Positions 1 through 5,098 of a stretch of DNA of 6,296 bases are shown here, piece by piece (position 1 is the stretch's first letter; each line of letters begins with the position of its first letter). The stretch spans positions 1 through 6,296 of the forward strand of contig BAAFSQ010000447.1 of the NCBI GenBank assembly GCA_054661495.1. The letters are read 5' to 3'. The notes beneath the pieces were generated by a model. That model was not told the origin of the DNA. It did not search any database and saw nothing but the letters and a program-made list of their open reading frames with translations. This DNA is from Zygophlyctis sp. KS116 (Eukaryota > Fungi > Chytridiomycota). Position numbers and translations under genes: made by a program.

Positions 1-120
1 TGGCTACTACTTCTACCCGCTGTCATAATAATACAGTGTATTCTTCTGTCGCTCCAACATTGGCTACTACTTCTACCGGTTGCCATAATAATACAGCGTC
101 TCTTGCTCCAACGCTGGCTA
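1..120 (+). repeat. Coding tandem repeat, about 60/54-bp unit (LATTSTxCHNNT..S.APT)
   Basis: tggctactacttctacc..tg.cataataatacag at 1 and 61. A third unit start (tggcta) is at 115. The array probably continues upstream of the window. Confidence 0.9.
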
Positions 121-470
121 GTACAACTGTTAGATCTACAACTGTTAGATCTACAACAACTTCTACTACTGTTTGTGATCCAGCTGATTCTTATTACAAG
201 AAGCATGCGAACCCAAATTGCCCTTGTAAAAAGGCTTGCAAGAAAAAGTGTTCAGTAGCTCCTACGGCTGTTTCAACTGGTACCATTACTCCTACGGTAA
301 CTGTAGCTCCTTCCTCGACTAAGGTGGTTCATGTAAGTTCTCATACTGTTGTGGCTACAGTTGTTCCACAAAAGTCTTTGGAATCTGTTTCACCAATTGC
401 CATTTCATCGTCATCTGTGAATGGTCCCATTGGTATTATTATGGCTGCGTTGATATTTTTAATTTTGTGA
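1..470 (+). CDS. Ser/Thr-rich mucin-like cell-surface protein with putative GPI-anchor signal (5' truncated by window)
   Basis: Frame 3 is open from the window start (ATTSTRCHNNTVYSSVAPTLATTSTGCHNNT...) to TGA at 468-470. It is S/T/V/P-rich, has N-glycosylation sequons (NNT) in the repeats, and ends in small residues plus a hydrophobic tail (SSSSVNGPIGIIMAALIFLIL*) with no cytoplasmic tail. The track's GTG start at 36 is an internal codon. Confidence 0.8.
   Translation, partial: ATTSTRCHNNTVYSSVAPTLATTSTGCHNNTASLAPTLASTTVRSTTVRSTTTSTTVCDPADSYYKKHANPNCPCKKACKKKCSVAPTAVSTGTITPTVTVAPSSTKVVHVSSHTVVATVVPQKSLESVSPIAISSSSVNGPIGIIMAALIFLIL
122..157 (+). repeat. 15-bp coding tandem repeat (TTVRS x2)
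   Basis: tacaactgttagatc at 122-136 and 137-151, plus partial tacaac at 152-157. Confidence 0.9.
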
Positions 471-479
471 TGATTCTCT

Positions 480-519
480 AATAGCAAAATCTTAATTTAT
501 TGAATTAACTTTTGCTATT
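480..519. other. Inverted repeat / hairpin between convergent stop codons
   Basis: AATAGCAAAA (480-489) pairs with TTTTGCTATT (510-519). Inner TTAATT (492-497) pairs with AATTAA (503-508). Confidence 0.65.
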
Positions 520-1995
520 TACAGTAGCATTTGAAGAGGGTTTTCCAAATACGTTTTGAATTTTTGCAGCCATAAAGCTCCAATTGCACCATCCACCACT
601 CTATGATCATTCGAGAGTGTAACCTGCATCGTTTTTTGAACTGAAAATCCTTTTTCTGATGAAGAATCTAAAACTAATTTGTCACTCACACCTCCTACTG
701 CAAGAATCGAAGCATGTGGAGGATTGATTATTGCTGTAAAATGCTGAATACCGTACATTCCAAGATTTGAGATAGTAAATGAACCACCCTAATTTCAATA
801 AATAAAACTAACCTGATATTCATTTGGAGACAATTTACCAGCTCGTGCTTTTTCAGCAAGTTCCTTTACAGAATTTGATATAGATGCAAGACCTTTAGCT
901 TCAGCAGCCTTCACGATTGGCGTGATCAGCCCATTTTCTGTTGCAACTGCAACTGCAATATCAGCTGATTTATACCTTGGGTTAAATTAGAAACCTCTTA
1001 CTGTCTTATAAAAGTTTCGTGCCATGAAGAATTAACTTGAGGAACATCAAGAAGTGCCTTTGCAGCTGCCTTGATAACAAAATCATTCAGCGAAAGTTTA
1101 TAATCACCATTTCCTTCATTATTTAAAACCGATCTTAATTTGAGTATTTTGTCACAATTTATCTCCACAGTCAAATAGAAATGAGGAATAGTTATTTTAG
1201 ATTCCAAAAGTCGTGTTGCAATCACTTTTCTTACATTTGAGTTTGGAATATCCGTATAAAGTTCACTAGGAAGGACAGACGTAACATCCGGAGCAATCTC
1301 TTTAGATTCTTTGACTGGTTTTTCACTTTTTTCAGGCATAGATATGGCAGCTCTTTCCACATCTGCCTTCTTAATTCTTCCACCTGGACCTGACCCTAAA
1401 ACAGCACTTAATTCTACACCCTTTTGACTTGCAACAACTTTAGCTAATGGAGAAGCTTTAACTCTTGCATCCGATTCCACACTCTTTACAGGCTCCACTT
1501 TAATTTCATTAACCTGAACAGTCTGCTTTTCCAAGACTTGTTCAGTTTGAACTCCACTAGCTGCATTACTTTGATCAAGAGTAAAATCCCCAAACTTGTC
1601 TACATTTTCTTTTTCTTCTACCAATATAGCGATTGGCTGTATTATTTAAAATATAATTAAAAAATACAGTATGAATTTTGACATCTTTTGCCCCAGACGG
1701 AACTAAAACTTTAGCCAACCAGCCTTCTTCCGCACTTTCAAACTCCATTGACGCCTTATCTGTTTCAATTTCAATTAAAACATCCCCAGGAGCAATTTCG
1801 TCCCCAGGCTTCTTGACCCATTCCCCAAGATTTCCTAACGTTTTAATCATTAAACATACCCTGTGTCATTGTTGGAGATAAAGCAGGCATCTTCAGTATG
1901 GTATGAGGAGGAAATTCTAAAAATTAGATAGTTTACATACTCAAGTTTCTAAAAGATGAAGAGAACCAACGTTTGGACGATTGAATAAAGATCAT
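519..1995 (-). CDS. LAT1: Pyruvate dehydrogenase complex E2, dihydrolipoamide acetyltransferase (mitochondrial), 448 aa; exons 1995-1941, 1916-1860, 1834-1668, 1636-1002, 975-813, 788-519
   Basis: The spliced frame gives presequence [19 protein letters not shown], one lipoyl domain ([16 protein letters not shown]...EIETDKA), a peripheral subunit-binding domain (RVKASPLAK...GSGPGGRI), and a catalytic domain ([31 protein letters not shown]). All five splice junctions restore conserved motifs in frame. Homologue of DLAT. Confidence 0.97.
789..812 (-). other. Spliceosomal intron, 24 nt (E2 intron 5)
   Basis: GTTAGTTTTATTTATTGAAATTAG; removal joins PNEYQ|GGSFTISN. Confidence 0.95.
976..1001 (-). 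other. Spliceosomal intron, 26 nt (E2 intron 4), AAG acceptor
   Basis: GTAAGAGGTTTCTAATTTAACCCAAG; removal joins FIRQ|[10 protein letters not shown]. Confidence 0.9.
1637..1667 (-). other. Spliceosomal intron, 31 nt (E2 intron 3)
   Basis: GTATTTTTTAATTATATTTTAAATAATACAG; removal joins KDVKIHT|PIAILVEE. Confidence 0.95.
1835..1859 (-). other. Spliceosomal intron, 25 nt (E2 intron 2)
   Basis: GTATGTTTAATGATTAAAACGTTAG; removal joins SPTMTQG|NLGEW. Confidence 0.95.
1917..1940 (-). other. Spliceosomal intron, 24 nt (E2 intron 1)
   Basis: GTATGTAAACTATCTAATTTTTAG; joins the mitochondrial presequence exon to [10 protein letters not shown]. Confidence 0.9.
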
Positions 1996-2029
1996 TTTTT
2001 AGTTGTAGGACACGGTGACAGTAGATTGG
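1996..2029. promoter_or_regulatory. 34-bp spacer between divergent start codons (putative bidirectional promoter)
   Basis: E2 ATG at 1995 (-), preceded by AAAAA, and the first in-frame ATG of the + gene at 2030. Confidence 0.45.
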
Positions 2030-4107
2030 ATGCAAGAGCTCAGTAATCTATTTTCTATTGAATACAATCATACTATTCATGATCTTGAATGTATCAAGGA
2101 TAGAATGTTATCACAGGATCTAAAGATTGCAACGCCAATAGATTTATCTCAAATGGCAATCATTCTTGGCGGTGAAAATACTCCAAAGGCTGCTCTCGCA
2201 TTGGTAATTTGGGTTATATAAGTTTAGATGGTTTTAGGAGTTTTGGCGCAGAGTCTAGATGATTCGGATTTTGATGATAAAGTTGCTCAAATTTTAAGAT
2301 TGGCAATGGATTTCATTCCTTTAAGGAGAGCATGGGCGTTTTCTGCTGATTTGATTGCACAAAGAATGCCAAAAATTGCATTCAGCTGGGAAGAAAAATT
2401 AAGAGTATGGATCAAGAATGGTTCTTGCGATCAAGAGCATCTTATCAAATTGTACAGGCACATGTTTAGTGAATTTCACTTGGTAAATTTATTTGGTTTT
2501 TTAAAACAATGTTAGATTTCTGATGGAATATTTGATTTGATTGAGAATGTTGAAAATGAAAGAAATCGAATCTGTTTATTTCGGGCATTGGTATTGCTTG
2601 CAAGAAAGACGGGGATAAAGAAGCGTGAAACAGTAGATTTATTGGTCAAATATTTAAATGATTCCAATTATGATTTTATAATACCATTTATTACTGTCTT
2701 AAAAAAGGGAATTGATGGAAGATCAATTGTGGTACTGTTCTTGACATGTGTTAAAAATCTAGGAATTAATTAGGAAATTATCAGTTAATAATGACACATA
2801 CTCAAGGGATATATTGCAACTTTTAGTCAAAATTTTGAAGAATGAAGAGGTCTTGCTATCATTATTTTCAAATTCACAGTTTCAATTGGATTTTTTACTG
2901 GAAAAGTTGTTTTGTCTTTCCATGTCAAAAAGCTCTACTAGTGTACTTGCTTCAGAATTTTTATTGGTTTTAAAAAATCATACTTTATTGTCTTGGTATA
3001 TGAATGATTTAAATACGGTTTTTAATAATCATCCATTGGATTTATTAATTTTGATAAAGGAATCTTGTGAAGATATTGGACTCTCTGCATTAAAGACTAA
3101 TTCTGTATTTCATTTAAAACTTAATTTTTAGATTTGTAGTTTGTGTTTTTCTTTTTGGAGAATGACAAGTATAGTTACTGATCAAACCTTGATTATCAAT
3201 AGTTTAGTTCAAGTCTTGAAATCTTGTCCAAAATGTAATTTTATTGTATTCAATTTTAGCTCGAGAAGTACTTTTACAGTCAATGTTGAAGACTGATTTT
3301 GGAAAATCCTTTGTATTTAATCATTTGGAGATTCTTTTAGAATTAATTTGTGATGAACTAGTAGATTCAAAACTTTCCATCAAAGCTTGCTTTTTCAGAC
3401 ATGCATTATCTTTATGTCATCCTGTAATTGATTCCAAATACTTTGAAAAATCAAAACTTCTTTTTAAAGCAGTAGATTTATTACCACAATTAAATTTTTG
3501 GGATATGTACGTTCTGGCTATTATATCTTTAAAAAGTGGATGGTGGAATATTTCAACTTGTTTTCTTCAAACTCTTTCATCTCAAAATAATTTATCGTCT
3601 AAAACTTTAGAATGGCTCTTATTTCTAAAGGGATATTCTGAAGAAGAAGAAGCTCTTGTTTCTCTTCCAAGAGAAGAAGTAGACTGTGAATCCATGATTG
3701 AAACTCTAGATTTTATGACTGAATCTGAACTACCATCAAATTTACCATTTTATCATTCTAATGTATTAACATCACGTAGATTTTTGCTTGGAATTTGCAA
3801 ATCATTATTGAAAAGTTATATGTCTGAACTTGAAATGGAACTGTTGATCCCACAGATGGCATCAAGCATAAAAAACCTACGTGATATAACTCAGACATGG
3901 TCATTTCTGGGGTATGAAAATATACGCAAAGCTTGTGATTCATTTCTATTGATTCTTTTAGGAGGAAGAACTCTGGATGAGTTTGAATCTGAACTAGATC
4001 CATGCCCACAAGTCATTTCAGTTATCGAAACGCTGGATTACAAAGTAATTGAATTTTTATTTTCGTTTACTTGGCAGTTAAATCTCAAATTCTTTAAGGG
4101 ACTCTAA
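2030..4107 (+). CDS. INTS7: Integrator complex subunit 7-like helical-repeat protein, about 645 aa; exons 2030-2203, 2228-2482, 2516-2731, 2763-3104, 3132-3234, 3260-4107
   Basis: Five tiny GT-AG introns join five track ORFs plus one unlisted short exon into one frame. Ordered motifs ALMVLGVLA, LIKLYRHM, LFRALVLLA, VDLLVKYLND and W-x2-Y-x2-A...G...WLLFLKGYSEEE resemble INTS7 as I recall it (LRMLGSLA, LIPILQHM, LHTFTLLA, IQLLLQYLKND, WTVYRIA...WLNSLKEFSHAE). Identity is by recall, not a search. The start codon is uncertain (alternative ATG at 2105). Confidence 0.72.
2204..2227 (+). other. Spliceosomal intron, 24 nt
   Basis: GTAATTTGGGTTATATAAGTTTAG; phase 0, removes an in-frame TAA. Confidence 0.85.
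2483..2515 (+). other. Spliceosomal intron, 33 nt
   Basis: GTAAATTTATTTGGTTTTTTAAAACAATGTTAG; phase 0, the terminal TAG is the in-frame stop. Confidence 0.8.
2732..2762 (+). other. Spliceosomal intron, 31 nt
   Basis: GTACTGTTCTTGACATGTGTTAAAAATCTAG; removal corrects the frame (GRSIV|ELIRK). Confidence 0.75.
3105..3131 (+). other. Spliceosomal intron, 27 nt
   Basis: GTATTTCATTTAAAACTTAATTTTTAG; phase 0, terminal TAG in frame. Confidence 0.85.
3235..3259 (+). other. Spliceosomal intron, 25 nt
   Basis: GTAATTTTATTGTATTCAATTTTAG; removal corrects the frame (KSCPK-S-REVLL). Confidence 0.85.
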
Positions 4108-4114
4108 CGATGGC

Positions 4115-4158
4115 GTGAAAAGCCTAACGTGTTTTTTTGGAAAAATCACGCTTTTCAC
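4115..4158. other. Imperfect hairpin in the 71-bp gap between the INTS7-like stop and the Tubby start
   Basis: GTGAAAAG (4115-4122)/CTTTTCAC (4151-4158); CGTG (4128-4131)/CACG (4147-4150); TTTTT (4133-4137)/AAAAA (4141-4145). Confidence 0.55.
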
Positions 4159-4178
4159 TATTGATAACTCCTACTACA

Positions 4179-4867
4179 ATGGAACAGGGAATTTTATACT
4201 CAAGAGTTGCTATAAACCAGAAGAAACTATTCCGCATACATCGAGATACCAATATTAAATTGACATTGGAAAATAATATGTTTTTGCTCACTGCATCTAA
4301 ATCTGGAAATTCATTCACTATTTATAATGACTCAAACTCTTCTAGTATTGTAGGAAAAGTGGTTTCAAACTTTTTAGGGACTGCATATACAATTCATGAC
4401 TCAACTAGACAAGTAGCTCTTGTATTATACGAAACAAATTTATTTGGACTAAAAGGACCTAGGAAAATGACTGTGGCTTTACCTTCTTTACTTGATTCTT
4501 CAATTGATAACCCTGTGTCTGATGAAACGATCAAAGATTCATCAGAGATTTTATCGAAGAAATTCAAGGAAAATCCTGATCAAGTATTAGTACTACACAA
4601 TAAACAACCAATGTGGAATGATGAATCTGAATCTTTTGTTCTTAATTTTGAAGGTAGAGTGACTTTAGCTTCAGTCAAGAATTTTCAGATTGTGTCTGAT
4701 TTGGATTTAGGTAGTTGGGTTTAAAACTAATTTTAGATTATGTTGCCCTGCAATTTGGGAAAATTTCACCATTTGATTTTACTATGGATGTAAAATATCC
4801 TTTTAGTCCTCTAGTGGCATTTGGTGTTGCATTGACAGCTATTGATGGGAAATTGGCATGCGAGTAA
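4179..4867 (+). CDS. Tubby-domain (TULP family) protein, about 220 aa; exons 4179-4710, 4737-4867
   Basis: Diagnostic Tub motifs: GKVVSNFLGT, YETNLFGLKGPRKM, LHNKQPMWN...FVLNFEGRVTLASVKNFQIV and, after splicing, DYVALQFGK...FTMDVKYPFSPLVAFGVALTAIDGKLACE*. ATG 4179 is the first ATG in the open frame. Confidence 0.93.
4711..4736 (+). other. Spliceosomal intron, 26 nt
   Basis: GTAGTTGGGTTTAAAACTAATTTTAG; removal restores the conserved Tubby C-terminus. Confidence 0.95.
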
Positions 4868-4890
4868 TTGTGCCTACTATTGTGTCTACT
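4867..4890 (+). repeat. 12-bp direct repeat just after the Tubby stop
   Basis: attgtgcctact / attgtgtctact (11/12 identical). Confidence 0.6.
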
Positions 4891-5098
4891 GTTCTAATTA
4901 AGGAACGGTCTATATTTTAGAAATTCCATCAGCATTCTAAATGCCATCAATCTATATTTTATTAGAAATAGTTTTGGTGGAAGGCACGCTGAAAATCTTG
5001 CTAATAATTCGACGATGAAGTGCTAGATCAGATCAATAAATAGATTTAAGTCTAAAAATAGATTGTGGCAAATGCCGCATTTAAATTTCCCAGAAAAA

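Noticed and set aside
1-157. Repeats as a CRISPR array
   Set aside because: No unique spacers, unit lengths are multiples of three within a coding frame, and the context is eukaryotic.
1678-1881. 67-aa + strand ORF
   Set aside because: Antisense shadow of the E2 lipoyl-domain exons.
2005-2019. RFX/X-box-like site (GTAGGACACGGTGAC)
   Set aside because: Only one half-site resembles the consensus, which is too weak to call.
4045-4077. Possible 33-nt stopless intron GTAATT...GGCAG
   Set aside because: Not needed for frame, lacks the branch-like TAA near the AG, and the peptide plausibly matches INTS7. Unresolved without cDNA.
4045-4187. Spliced INTS7-Tubby fusion
   Set aside because: No donor/acceptor pair in the 24-33 nt size class bypasses the stops at 4105, 4116 and 4125. 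Tubby has its own ATG at the domain start.
3758-4318. Minus-strand ORFs 3758-4009 and 4124-4318
   Set aside because: Short, antisense to the INTS7-like and Tubby CDSs, with no recognisable motifs.
519-4867. Fragmented ORFs read as pseudogenes, frameshifts or an alternative genetic code
   Set aside because: Every break is bounded by GT...AG, and removal restores frame and conserved motifs. TAA and TGA end genes at the expected C-termini.
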